From Fimicolochytrium jonesii (Eukaryota), in contig NW_026515702.1 of NCBI RefSeq assembly GCF_025526975.1, positions 124,001 to 188,000 on the forward strand: 64,000 nt of DNA. The letters run 5' to 3'. The translations under genes and the position numbers were made by a program. Under the pieces are notes generated by a model. The model searched no databases. It had not been told where the DNA came from and worked only from the letters and a program-made list of their open reading frames with translations. Of this stretch, positions 1-12,583 are shown piece after piece. Positions within the stretch are counted from its first letter, which is position 1; every line of letters begins with the position of its first letter.

Positions 1-63
1 CCCCCAGCACTCGCTCATTGCAAAACACTCCCACCCCTCAACCACCCCCAAAGACGCTGCGAG

Positions 64-2190
64 ATGTCCCCAATAACGCAGCTCCTGGCAGCAGCCACCC
101 TCGCCCTCGCCTCCCTCACACCCACCCTCGCCGCCGCAACTTACAACTTTGACATCAACTACCTCAACGACGTCAACCCCGACGGCCTCTACCCGCGCAG
201 AGTCATCACAGTCAACAACAAGTGGCCTCCACCGCTCGTTCTCGCCAAAGTGAATGAGACTCTGAGCATTAATGTCAAGAATTCGTTGCCTGTTCCGACG
301 TCTCTCCATTCCCATGGATTGTTTTTCAACAAGACGAATTGGTTGGATGGGGCACCCGGCGTCACGCAGTGTGGCATTCCAACGGGGAGCGAGTTCAAGT
401 ATGAGTATACGCCTGCTCAGCATGGGACGTTCTGGTACCATGCTCATAATAGAGGGCAGTATGTCGATGGTTTTAGAGGTGAGTACCGGCTCGATACGTG
501 CGCGGTAGCGAACGGGGACTGCGGCGAACGCGAGCGGAGCGAGCCACACTTGCGCCAAAGGCGCAAGATTCCCCTAACCACGGCTCTTAGCGAGTACTGG
601 CGAGCGTTGTCCCGAGCGGAGCGAGCAGGATGTCATTCATCCATACATCCAACCAACCGTCCATCGCTTCGCATCGCGGTCCGTCAACCAACCTCCCTTC
701 ATTCACACTCACTCACTCACTTCGTTCGTTCGCTCCGTTCGTAGGCCCCCTGATCATCCAAGCCGCGCAAGAAGCGTACAAATACGACCACGAGTACGTC
801 GTCATCCTCCACGACTGGTACCACAAAGAGTACGAAGAAATCTACGTCGACTACGGCGGTGTGCGCAACCCCACCGGGGTCGAACCCCCACCGGACAACA
901 CCATCATCCTCGTCCACAATCTCTCCGACTACGTCGACAAGATCTCCTTCCTCCCGGGCAAAACCTACCGTCTCCGCTTCATCAACATGTCGGGCTTTGC
1001 CATGTTCCACGTCTCCCTAGGCGGACACTCCATGGACGTGATCGAGGTCGACGGCGTCGACACGGAGCGCAAGACCACGAACGGGTTCTGGGTCTCTGTC
1101 GCTTCCCGCTGGTCCGTATTGGTCGACACCAAGAACGCCACGGACGCGAACTACAACATGAACGTGATCGTCGACAACTCCATGTTTGTCATTGAGCCCC
1201 CATCGCTGAAACTCAACGTCACCCACCCGATCGAGTACTCCCCCACCGCCACCCTGAACGAGACCGTCCAACCCTACGAGGAGCTCAACGAGATGGAACT
1301 CTCCCCCCTCGTCCCCCTCGCCGCACCGGAACCCGACCAGGAACTCACGCTGGAGATCACCCTGGCCACCCTGGCCGACGGCGGGAACCATGGATTGTTC
1401 AATGGGATGACCTACACGCACCAGAAGGTGCCCACGATCTTGACGGCCATGACCACCGGCGCGAACGCGACGAACCCCACGGTGTATGGCGAGACGAACA
1501 GTTATTTGTTTGAGCGGAATAAGATGGTGCAGGTCGTCATCAACAACAACGATGGTGGGAGCCACCCGTTCCATTTACACGGGCATAATTTCGGTGAGTT
1601 TTGCCTTGGGGTTCGAGCGCGGGACGAAAGGGCGTAAAAACGCGTATTCCCCTCCCCCTCCCCCTGTCGTCTTGGCCCTCCCCCCAAACACCCAACTAAC
1701 CCCTTCCATCTCCTCCCCAGCCATCGTCTACCGCTCCGCCCAAGACGCCGGCGTCTACGACCCCATCACGACCCCTCTGACCTCGATCCCCGCCAACCCG
1801 GTTCGCCGCGACATCATCCAAGTCCCCAAGTTTGGCCACGCAATCATCCGCTTCCGCGCCGACAACCCGGGCGTGTGGCTCTTCCACTGCCACATCCAAT
1901 GGCACATGGACTCGGGCCTCGCCGCCACATTCGTCGTGGCGCCCGACGCCATGCAGGCCGAGCAGAACATCCCGCAGTTTGTCACCGACCAGTGCAAGAC
2001 CCTCGGCTTGGGCGTCGAGGGCAACGCCGCGGGGAAGATGGGCGAGAGCGTGGGGGATCTGACCGGCGCGAATGTGGGCCCCGGGAATATCGATATGGGC
2101 TGGACGGCCAAGGGCAAGGGCGCGCTGGCCGGGTGCGTGATTGCCGCGCTGGTGGGGTTGGGGACCGTTGTGTGGTTTGCGAGGGAGTAA
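64..2190 (+). CDS. FET3: Multicopper ferroxidase, Fet3-like (3 exons: 64-478, 745-1593, 1721-2190)
   Basis: Signal peptide. Four Cu-binding motifs: HSHG, WYHAH, HPFHLHGH, HCHIQWH. Fet3-type EPPPDN motif and C-terminal TM helix (GWTAKGKGALAGCVIAALVGLGTVVWF). GT-AG introns 479-744 and 1594-1720 restore the frame. Confidence 0.92.
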
Positions 2191-2713
2191 GGCGGTGACC
2201 GATGGGGTGGTTTTTTTTTTTTGTCGTACCGACCGACAACTAGGCGTAGAGGGCAAACGCACGGCAGGCTTCGTTCGTCGGCCCCTCTCTTGACGCGGAC
2301 ATGTGTCTGTTAGCCCCACCTCCTCTTTTCTTTTTATTTATGCAAAACTCCGGACCTAACGCATGTATATACTACAGTTACATTACACTCCCTGCTTCTC
2401 TTGATCGGATGGATCGAGAGTTTTACCTCCAAGCTCCCCGCGTGTGTTTTGCTTCTTGGATTTTACAGGAATCCCTCGGTATGCAAATGACTCGTTCGAA
2501 TGTAGCTACATTAAGGACGTCTACGGTACATGGGGAATTCGGAGCAGAGGGGCAGAGCACGGCCGGTAGCAGGAAGTCCAAGGAGGATGTTCTACGTTGC
2601 CCAAACCCACACTTAACTGTACGGCAACCATCTACATAACACACGTTTCATCGAGAGCAAACGGTCCGAAACGGTAATCACCTAATCCATTCAAAGCCTC
2701 TTGACGCCCCGCT

Positions 2714-4331
2714 TCACGCCAAAACCTCCTTCAACTCCCCCGTCTCCACCATCTCCTTGACGATATCCAGGCCGCCCACCAACTCCCCATGGATGTACAG
2801 CTGCGGGTATGTCGGCCAATCCGAATACGTCTTAAAAACAAAAGCACCCCCAATGGGTCAGCATGTGTCACCCGTCATTTTCCATCCCCCCAAATCCACA
2901 TATGAATCCGATTGTGATGAATCGGGGCACCCACCTTGAGCCCCTGCCGAACCTCCTCATCCTCCAAAATATCGAACGTGTCATACACCACCCCCTGTTC
3001 CTTCAACAGCGCCGTGATCTGGCGCGAGAAGCCGCATTTGGGTGTTGTTGGGTCGCCCTTCATGAATAACTGATAGGAGAGTGAGAGCGAGGACATGTGT
3101 TGATCAAACTGCTCACGAGATGGGGAAGGAATTCGGAGGAAAGGAAAGGGGAGACTTACCATCACTTTGCTTTTGTTGATGCTGTAGCGAAGAAAATGGT
3201 AAGGGGCGCCGACTCGATAAGCGGTGAGGGGGGGCAGAGGCGAGAGCAGAACTTACAGCTTCTTCAACCGGGTGTTGAGGTCTTCCTCTGCGGGGGCGAG
3301 TTTCTGGAATTCACCGGATTCGATCTGCGAAAACAAAGATATCAGACATCGGGTGTTATCATACCAATCCGACGCAACATGGGGCGGGAAATGCAGTGTA
3401 TGAGGGCCATACTTCGACTTACCATCTCTTTAAGAATATCCAACCCCCCAATCAACTCCCCATTAACATAAACCTGCGGGTACGTCGGCCAGTTGCTAAA
3501 CTCCTTCAATCCTACCAAAAATAAACACCCGCATTAGCCTTCACCCAACTATCACCCAACTATCACGCCCACCATGTCACATCCACACGGGCCGTAAAAC
3601 GTCCCCCACACAGTTACCTTGCCGAACCTCCTCATCCGCCAAAATATCAAAACTCCCATACTTGACCTCCACTTTCCCCAACAGCTCCACCAACTGTCGC
3701 GAAAACCCGCAACGGGGCTGTTGGGGTGTTCCCTTTATAAACACCATCACCGGGTGCGCTTTGATCAATTCCTGTAATCTCGTTGTCAAATCCTTCCCCT
3801 TTGATGTAGTCGTTGGGGTGGGAGGAAATGACGTTGATGGCGTGGTGGAGGTGATGGATTTAGCGAATTTGGCGACGGCGGCGGCCAGGGCGGGTGCATT
3901 GGCGCCTTCGATCCGTTCGATGGGGGTGCCGGATTTGAGGAGGATGAAGGTGGGTACGGCGGCGATTTCGTAGTGTTCGGAGATATCTGGGAAAGACTCC
4001 GCTTCCAACTATCATATCATATCACAGGGGTTTAGCGGGGGTGACTCCGACTGGGAAATGACATGGAATGGGGAAGAGGGAAGCATACCTGAATGAAGTG
4101 CAGAGAAGGGTATTTCCTTGACAGCTCCTCGAAGACCTGGTTCATGTCTTTACATGGTTCTGCCCAGGATGCCCAGAAGTTGAGGACGGAGGCTGATCTG
4201 CCTTCGAGGAGCTGTTGGAAATGGGCGTCGGAGGTGACCTCTAAAGGAGTGTGGCAAAGAGTTAGGAGGCGGCTGGTGCGAGCAAGGGGGCGGGAGAGGG
4301 GCTGCTTACCGTTGACGTTGTGCTTTGACAT
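2714..4331 (-). CDS. GRX3: Multidomain monothiol glutaredoxin (thioredoxin domain + two CGFS Grx domains), multi-exon
   Basis: Trx-like FWASWAEPC; first Grx domain PRCGFS...[18 protein letters not shown]; second Grx domain PKCGFS...[23 protein letters not shown]. Canonical splice sites, including a 22-nt microexon at 3160-3181. Confidence 0.93.
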
Positions 4332-4608
4332 TGGTGCGACTGTTTGTATGGGAGTATGTAGTGCTGGGTGTGGGTTGATGCTGTGCTGCTTCTGAGCTCA
4401 AGTCTGCGAAGGCCCGCAAGTGGACGGGGGTCTCGGGGTTAGCAGCAATATTATAACAGCAAGGGACCAACTGCCGGACGCTTCCGGAGATCACCGCCTG
4501 GGAAAACTTGCACAAGGCGCAATCTTCTCGCCATATAACCAACCACCTTAGATCTCAGACCTACCAACCTCCTCGCACTCCCGCTACTCTCCCTCTAAGA
4601 CCGCAACA

Positions 4609-7600
4609 ATGCTCGCCGGCTCAGCGCCAGGCGGCACAACCGCCAAAGAGCTCACAGACCACGACGTCAACACCCTCCTTACCGCTCTCCGTGCCAACAA
4701 CGGCACCCACGGCCCCTTCAAACTCAGCCCCACCATCGACGCCAAGACTGCCACCGACGCCGCCATCTTCTCCGCCGTCGAACACAGCGTAAAGACAGGG
4801 ATACCGCTAATCATAGAAAACTCGCTGGACGGGTGGAAACGTCTACGCGGCGACGCGGATAAGGAGGAGAAAGACGGCGCCGCCGGGGTTCCGGATGAGC
4901 AGCTGTTCAGCCTGGGGTGGTTGAAAAACCAACATGGACCGGAACACGTGCTGTTGAGGAACGTGCATACGAACGAAGATGTGGATTCGACCGTTGAGGG
5001 ATATGTCGATTTCCTGAAAGATGGGCAGCCGACCGAGAAGAGCGTGGAGAACGGTGCAGATTCTATGGATGTGGTGCACCGCAAGACGGGGGATGGTGGG
5101 CAGGGGGTTCTGTATGGCAAGGATATCACGTGTCCGCCGGAGTGGACGCAGCGGACGATGGCGAGGATACCGGGGTTCTTGCGGTACAAGGGGGAGAATG
5201 ACCTTGTGCGATTGCTTCCGGAGAGGCTGCAGAGTGAGAACTTGATGATCTATGTTGGTGAGTGTTTTAACTCATGTGTTAACGAGAACAGTGGACATTC
5301 ACTAACGCGTATACTCTTCCCTTAGGAAATGAGGGAACGTTGACCCCTGGTCATACGGACCTGTGTGGATCTGTAGGCCATAATGTCATGGTAAGCCTGC
5401 CTCGTCCACCGTCCCGCAAACCGCTCGGACCTAATGCTAACACTCTTGCTATCCCACAGGTACACGCCGACGAAAACGCCCGCGCCATCTGGTTCATCGT
5501 CAAATCCTCCGACCTTGCTCGCGTCTCCGCCTTCTGGCAAGAACAATCCCACTCCCTCTATCAAGACAACTACTTTGCCCCCATCTCCATCCTCTCCAAA
5601 GCCCCTTTCGACATCTACGTCATCGAACAAAAACTCAACGACTTTATCATCGTACCCCCCGAATCAGCACACCAGGTCTACAACAAAGGCGGCGTCAACA
5701 TCAAAGTCTCCTGGAACCGCCTGACAGTCGACTCCCTCTCCCGCTGCATTGACCACGTCTTGGAAGAGTACCGTACGCACATGCGACCAGAGACGTACCG
5801 CATTAAAACATTGTTGAACGAAACAGTGCTCCACTTCATTGACCGCGCAGCGCTCATCGACGACCCGACGGTGTTCCCCACCGCTGAAGAGAAACAGCGG
5901 TTTGTGGATGACTTTCATACAGCGGTGGAGGCGTTTGCGATTATGCTGAGCGACGAGTGGGTGGAGTCGGACGACGTGGACCCGCCGACGATTGGGATGC
6001 CCACACCCTGGCCGGATGTGGATAGGCCCCATGAGAGGGTGTGTGATTTTTGTCGAGCGGATATTTGGAATCGAGGGTTTCATTGTAGGAAGTGTGCGGC
6101 GAGGGGTCATAGTCATGCGGCGGCGACGGCAGGTGTCACTCAGTCCAATGGCGTTGCAGCCGAGACACTAACAAACGTCACGCAGGCGAACGGCACTGTT
6201 GGGTTGGCCAATGAGACTGTGGTTGAGACTCCCGTGGCTAGTCAGCCCGATGGCGATGTGAAACAGGCTTCGTCGGCGGTGTTCGAATCTAGCAACGGGG
6301 TTACCGATACTGTTGAGAAAACTGAAAATGGCCTCCTTCACCCGTCGACTCCCGCGATTATCAGCAATGGCGTGGTTAATGGCGCTGATGCGGCTATTGT
6401 TGCGACAGAGGCTGCAGCGCAGCTGTCAGCTCCCTTGGTCAGCAATGGCGAGGTCAACGGTGCAGAATCAGCTGTCCCCGTCACGGACTCTTCATCTCAT
6501 GTGCCAGCCGATGGGCCTGCGAACGGCATTCAAGTCGTATTTAGACAAGCGCCAGCCGATAAGCAGGCAAATTCAATCCAAGTCGTAACCACCCAAGCGC
6601 CAGCCGCCGACATCAAACCAGCCGAACTTGTCAAGACCCCAGCATCCATCGAACCCACATCAATCCCCGCCCCAATCATCTCAACACTCAATCCCCCGTC
6701 CGCCGCACCCGACTCAACGACACCCACCCTCCCCTCCTCCACCGGCGAAGACGACTTCGACGTATGCCTCGACTGCTACTCCCAAGGCCGCAGCTGCCGC
6801 CACGAGCGCGACATGGAGTTCCACGAGTACATCCCCATGGGCGTCCTCAGCGCGCAGATCAGAAAAGCTGTCAAGACTTATAACGATCTCCTGTCGAGGA
6901 AGGGGTTGAAGGGGCCTGGGTTGACGAATGAGTTTTTGCATGGGTGGGTGGTCGTGAGAACGCCTTGAAGTTTTTGGATGGTGGGGATATACTGACTGTG
7001 GGTGATTTTTTAGGTTATTTGATGGACATACACCAGTTGTTCCGACTGCTAGTGTTGCGCATCAGTTGTTTGTTGCGCGGACCAAGGTTTGTGGGAATGT
7101 ACAACACGACGATTCGGATCGGAGTCTTACCCACCTTTGTTACAGAAAGTCAGCCTGTTGTCCAAATGCTGTCATGCGTGCCGGTCGTCTACTGCGCCTG
7201 CTTGGTATGTTCGATTTTGGAGTGTGATGGGACTTGCGTGAGGTAGGAAGGACTGAATATTTGGGAATTCGGGCAGGTCATTTGTGTCGGATGCATGTGG
7301 AACGCCGTATTGCGCAAGATGTTTGTGGAATAGGTTTGGGGAGAGGCTTTCGGATGTTAAGAAGGTTTGTGGTTCGCTTCTGTGGTTTGTCTATGTGGCT
7401 TTGCGGTGTTCTGATCAATACACCTTCCGTCGTTTGCAGAATCGTGATTGGAAGTGTCCCAAATGTCGAGGTAGAGCTCTTCTTAGATGATGATACCACA
7501 AACCACTGTTGGATACGCAGCGGACTTATCATTCTGAATCCATATCTTCCCCACAGAGGAATGCAACTGCCTCAACTGCGTGCGCCGCTTTTACTCCAAC

Positions 7601-8858
7601 AAACCCGTCCCCTTCCCCATTCCCAAAGGCGAAATCGTCTTCCTCGTCGAACAATCCCACTACGTTGAAGACCGGCATGGGAACGTCCTCGCTTCCGATC
7701 GGCAGTTTCCGACGGGACCGCTGTTCAAGGATGCGCGGTTTAAGGTTGAGCCTATGCCTGTAAGTGGCGGTTCATCGTAGCAGATGAAAATCGTGGTTTT
7801 TTCTCATCAACTGTGGTTTATTTGAACAGGATGCCTTCCGCCGCGAAGTCTACGGCCGCCACCGAGGAATCAAACGCGCGCTAGACGACGATCTCGCGCA
7901 CAACACGCCAGCTCCCAAAAAGAGCAAAAAAGCCGCGCCGCGCCCACGATACGACGACGACGCGATGCTCATCGACTCGATCCTCCCCAACGGCGAAAGG
8001 CGGGCGAGCGCGAGAAAAGTCACAAAAACCAAATTGTTTGAGCCGGAAGTAGGGTTGGGATGGGGTGAAGAGAAGGTAATATTGTGGCCGCGCGGAAACC
8101 TTACATAGCAACTGCATATGCATGAGAAGACTTATTTTGGGTGTTATTTTTGGGGTTTGGTTAAGCCGAGAAAACCGAGTCGCCGGGTTTCGCTTACGAC
8201 GCCTAAACCGGAACACCGCCACCAGCAATCGGATTCGGAATTTTATGATGATGATGAAGAGTATATGGATGATGGAACTTACGGCAGCCACAGCAGCGCG
8301 CCGTCCTCCTCGAAGAATGTGAAAAGAAGCAGCAGCGGTAGTCATCATAAACGCATCCCGATCGGAAGCAGCAGCGGAAACGCACGGCCCAATGCCGCGG
8401 GACTCGCTAAACTCGTATCCCCGTCGTCTGGTCATGCGCAGAACGGCGGGCGGAAGAAAGTGGTGATTCCACCGTCTTCACTCAGCTACTCCGCAAAGGA
8501 CCCGGACGATCGTCGCATGTCCTCTTCATCCGCGGCCTCCCAATCTGCACCGCGCCGTCCCTCAACCACCACCAACAACGCCAGTACGTTCACACCCCTC
8601 CCCGCCTCCACCAGCACCACAACCTCCTCCCTCTCAACCCGCAGCAAACACAAAGCACCCCGTTTGAAACTCACCACAGAAGACGGCACGCAACGTTCAT
8701 GCCGTGATCTGCTGGCGAAGATGGACGTCGACCACGCGTTCTTGAAGGAGTTTTTTGTGGAGTGTATGGGGGTTTGTCAGGAACGTGGGGGTGGGCTTTG
8801 GGCGGGTGTGCATGCTGAGGAGGTCTATAAGGGGATGTTGGGGAGGTTTGCTGACTGA
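4609..8858 (+). CDS. JmjC-domain protein, DMM-1-like, with Cys-rich fingers and a zf-4CXXC_R1-like domain; multi-exon
   Basis: Spliced YVGNEGTLTPGHTDLCGSVGHNVMV and IVPPESAHQVYNKGG...KVSWNR give an HxD...H triad. Cys motifs CDFC...CRKC and CLDC...C. Small exons at about 7146-7590 give CCHACR...YCARCLWNRFGE...WKCPKCR..CNCLNC. Exon structure of the 3' part is approximate. Confidence 0.82.
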
Positions 8859-9265
8859 GTACAAAGAGGAGGCGAGCGGATTGGAGCGAGATGAGAGCTT
8901 AGCGAGACGAGATCGGCGAAAGGGAGAGACGGAGAGTGCTGGTATGCGTGGGCAAGGGGAAACAGCAGGAAGTGTTGGGGGTTGTCATATTCTCGTCCCC
9001 CCTTCTCTCGCCGCAGAAATAGGTTGCTAGTTTGTAGGTCCTATTGCGGCTTCACGATTTGGGGAGAAAAATCCCCCTGGGTTGGCATATCTTGGTAGGC
9101 AAACTGTCTGCGCATATAGCTGGGTCATGTACTGTGCATAAGATCCATACACTGGGTTTGCCAGACTTGGGTGGTGTTGAGGGGGTGGTCTGTTTCGCAG
9201 TGGCTGTCTGATTGCTTCGCTGTGAACTGCAGGTGAACAACGAGGAAGTGAAAAAACGCGTAAGG

Positions 9266-10040
9266 AACGCGAAACTGACGCGTTATGTAAGCGAGCAGCA
9301 TATACCAAGTCAACTAAGGCGTTGCACACGTCGGGCAAACACGGATGCATGTCAAGGGAAGTCAGCACAGCAGTAAACCATTTTCAGGATGTTTCTCCGT
9401 CAATAGCAAATGAATAAAAACAATCTGGATGTGGCGCTGCTGAGATGAATACCAGAAGCGGCGCAAAACGAACCAGGTCAAGACATAACGTTTAAAAAGG
9501 TCACGAATGGGCAGTCTTCAACGCGTCCAGGCAGCGAATCGGGATTGTTGGGCCAAGTGCCTTCCGTACGCCCAACGGTGAACCTGCTAACTCCCTTTTT
9601 TTCATGCACGAAAAACGCGAAACTGACGCGTCATGTAAGCAAGCAGCACTGCCGGGCATCGCGAAACTAACGCGTGCCCAACACCTAGCTGGTGATGAAA
9701 CGCTTATGCCGAGCTTAGGAGGCGCAATGTTCCGTTCTGTCCTGTCAGCGAGGTCAGCTGCATGCAATATGTTCAATCCTCGAGGTGTCTCCAATATTTG
9801 GTACGGTGATTAAGAAAGCATGATAACTGCGGAGAGAGAACGCGTAACGGCGTAAGTGCGCAAGGCAATACGTTTATTAGAGACTCGAGAGTCGCCCGTT
9901 GTTGAGGGTTAACGGAAGTACACGAAGGAGGGGCTAGTGCGCCGGTGCATTCCTAACACTTGACACTCCCCTTTCTGAACGCGAAACTGGCGCGTCAAAC
10001 GAAGTTTATGTAATCACAAGCGCGTAACCAAACGCGTTAC
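9266..10040. repeat. Diverged direct repeats (about 350 bp spacing) with core AACGCGAAACTGACGCGT
   Basis: 35-bp copies at 9266-9300 and 9614-9648 (2 mismatches), a third core at 9978, and a shorter variant near 9660. Downstream flanks are also similar. Confidence 0.75.
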
Positions 10041-11117
10041 ATCTAGACACGAGCTGTACCACAAAATGAAGCTGTCGACCTCGTCCGTTTTTTTTTCGGT
10101 TGATGGTTGCTCCTTCGGGACAAGATCTTGGTGGAATCGGGTGCGAAGGAGGAAGTAGTCGAGCGAATTTTCATCGTTATCCATATCAGTCTACTGCTGA
10201 AATTGAGGAAGTTTGAAGGTCGAGGAGTTACCCAGAACCCCAAAAAAAAGTTCGATTGTGAGGTCGAATCAAGCGTTTTGCAGGGCGTGTCAAAAACAAC
10301 TATCCAAACGCTTATGCGGAGCTTAAGGAAAGATCGACAGGCGCGTTGTTCTCTCCAAGCCTGCGATATTTTGAACTGCAAGAAATTTCAACCGTTTTTC
10401 TGATATTTGTAGATAGTATCAGGGTAGGGAAGAAAACACGAGAATGAGCGCAATTTCTTCCATGAGGAAAGATTACTTGCCGGTTGTTGAACGGCGATGG
10501 AAGCAGCGCTTCCTGAGCGTTGCTCCAATGTCACTGAAGGATGTTGCCTCCACGTTCCTGCGTCTGTCGCTTTGACTGATAAGCAAAATGACAGCATTCT
10601 GCATCCCGAAGCAACGGACACGCGAAACTCCCTTCGGACGCGTAGAAGCGGACGGACGGCATTTGAGCTACCTTTCGGTCATCGCTCGTTACTCTGTCGT
10701 CACATCAGGCAATGAACATCCTTTCCCTCACTTCGAGAGTGGTATGCATATAAAAGGCGGGGCGGCACGGATGTCCTGTCCCTCCCAGCTTTTTAGATGT
10801 CGTCCAATGTTAGACCGCCACATTCTTGTACATCATCCATCTTGCGTTCCGCTTCCTCAAATTCCCCTATCCTTTGTTTCCGCTGGAATACTCTCCTTAG
10901 AACACTCTCTGTCGTTTGCGGTCCAACGCATGCATTCCACAAATCCGGGACGGTTGCTGTTCTTTTGCTCGGACCCAATGAAACCAAAGCACAAATGTGC
11001 GATAGATGCTCCCAAGGCGCCGACAGCATCCCACACTTGTAACCTTTCACAGAGTAAACTGATACCCATTCTGCGTATTGCCAAGCCAAGAAACGATGCG
11101 AACTACGAGTTGCCTGT

Positions 11118-11484
11118 GTGGCATCCAATGCATCACAGCTCCTTGATCGTCTCGGGATACCAAGTCCGGGCCACCTCGGAATAGGCGAACAAGCTCTGTA
11201 CGGTGAATTTCATGTACCGGTCACTCAATCGGCATCCGGGAGCATCTTCATACCGCCCTTTCGGCTATTCCTTATGCCAAGCCGACTCACTGCAAGCCAC
11301 GGTCATTGTACACCTCTCATGCACTATCACCCAGGATGCTTGCCGTAAGGATACAAGCATCCAGTTCGATGGTGCAGAGAAGCAGTACAACGACACGCGC
11401 TGTCCTCGCTCAGGGTTAGTCAACCACATCCGTTGTGGGGGCATAAGGATGAACCTTTTTCATTCGATACGCGTCCACACCTGA
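11118..11484 (+). pseudogene. Decayed small beta-rich (possibly OB-fold) gene, paralogous to 14323-14751
   Basis: LSCTITQDAC..DTSIQFDGAEK aligns with LSCNTAPAAC..NTDIQFDIAKE at 14580-14660, with synonymous third-position differences. Frameshifted. Confidence 0.45.
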
Positions 11485-11977
11485 CCGGCAGCTTTTTTGA
11501 CTACTTATCGACCCGAACGATGGGTCGGGTTACAAAGCTTTCTTGTGCATGACAGAGTTGGCATAGCACAAGAGCGAGCGCGAAACGAACGTTGATCCGC
11601 CCCAAAATCGGCTGGTCCGAGGAAGCGAGAGACGGAGAGAGATGCAGCTCGCGGTGGGCCAGAGAAGGCCTGTGCATTTCTTTGGTCCCTTGAAGAGGGC
11701 CATTTTGTCGAGGACAGTCACCTGCCATCTTGCTTGCGCTTCATTCGCGACGTCATACTGGACCAGTATTGCATTTGGAATGCTGGGTGAAGCGCCGCGT
11801 CCATCAATATCTTGGCTATCGACCAAGTGGTCCTCCAAAGATCGTGTTGATTGTTTCCGGGGACGGGACAACCGTGCCAGCGACCATCACCTCATCCACA
11901 TTCACGCCCACACCCTATGCGCCTGAGGGTGATTTGCACGATAGAGCTTGAGCGCGTGGGTTGGGGTGTGCCCGTTC

Positions 11978-12583
11978 TCATTGAGGTCGCCTCGAAAGGC
12001 CACCAGCCTCCGTTCCGGGATAAAAAGCGGAAATGGTAGGGTATTTATCGGCGCCAATCTTCCCGGTCGCCACGCCACGGAGTAACAACAATTGGTCGCC
12101 TATCATTGAATCGAGAGTTTGAAGGGTCCCAATCATCTGGAACATGTCCCCATCCCTGAGGATCTTTGCCCGGCCTTTCCACATTTCGTGTTTGGTGATG
12201 CGTGTCTTGAATACTTCATCTGCTTGCCTTTCCGTGTTCCATATCTTGGATGTGAGAGTCAGGTGGTAGTTTTCGATGCATGTAAGTCGACCAGTGCAAG
12301 AAAAGCTGGTGGGCGCAGAGTCGTCGCTTCCAAGCATGATCCGAGTCATGGTACTTATGCGAAACGATGGCTTGGAGGCATCACGGAGCTCGGCGGTGAA
12401 CGCATAACAGTTGTCTTTGACTGGGGCTTCTTTGACAAGCAATTGTTTTTCGTCGTGAAAGACTGAGGCTTCAGTGGCAACGGTGGTTTAATCGGAAGCG
12501 GGGAGCTCGATTTCAATGGTGTAAAGCCTCCCTGTTTTGCCAAGGATCGAATTGACGCCGCAAATTCCGGAGATGGCAATCAT
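11978..12583 (-). pseudogene. Putative tandem OB-fold (ssDNA-binding-like) gene with an in-frame TAA at 12488-12490
   Basis: ATG at 12583 (MIAISGICG...) is in frame with ORF 11978-12442 across one stop. Two beta-strand-rich repeats end in ...CYAFTAEL and ...LRDGDMFQMIGTL. Confidence 0.45.

Noticed and set aside
480..744. ORF-track C-terminus of 64..744 and N-termini of 630..1637 and 1486..2190
   Set aside because: These are intron read-through of the single FET3 gene.
9266..10040. CRISPR-like array
   Set aside because: Only 3-4 degenerate copies with about 350-bp spacing, in a eukaryotic context with no cas genes.
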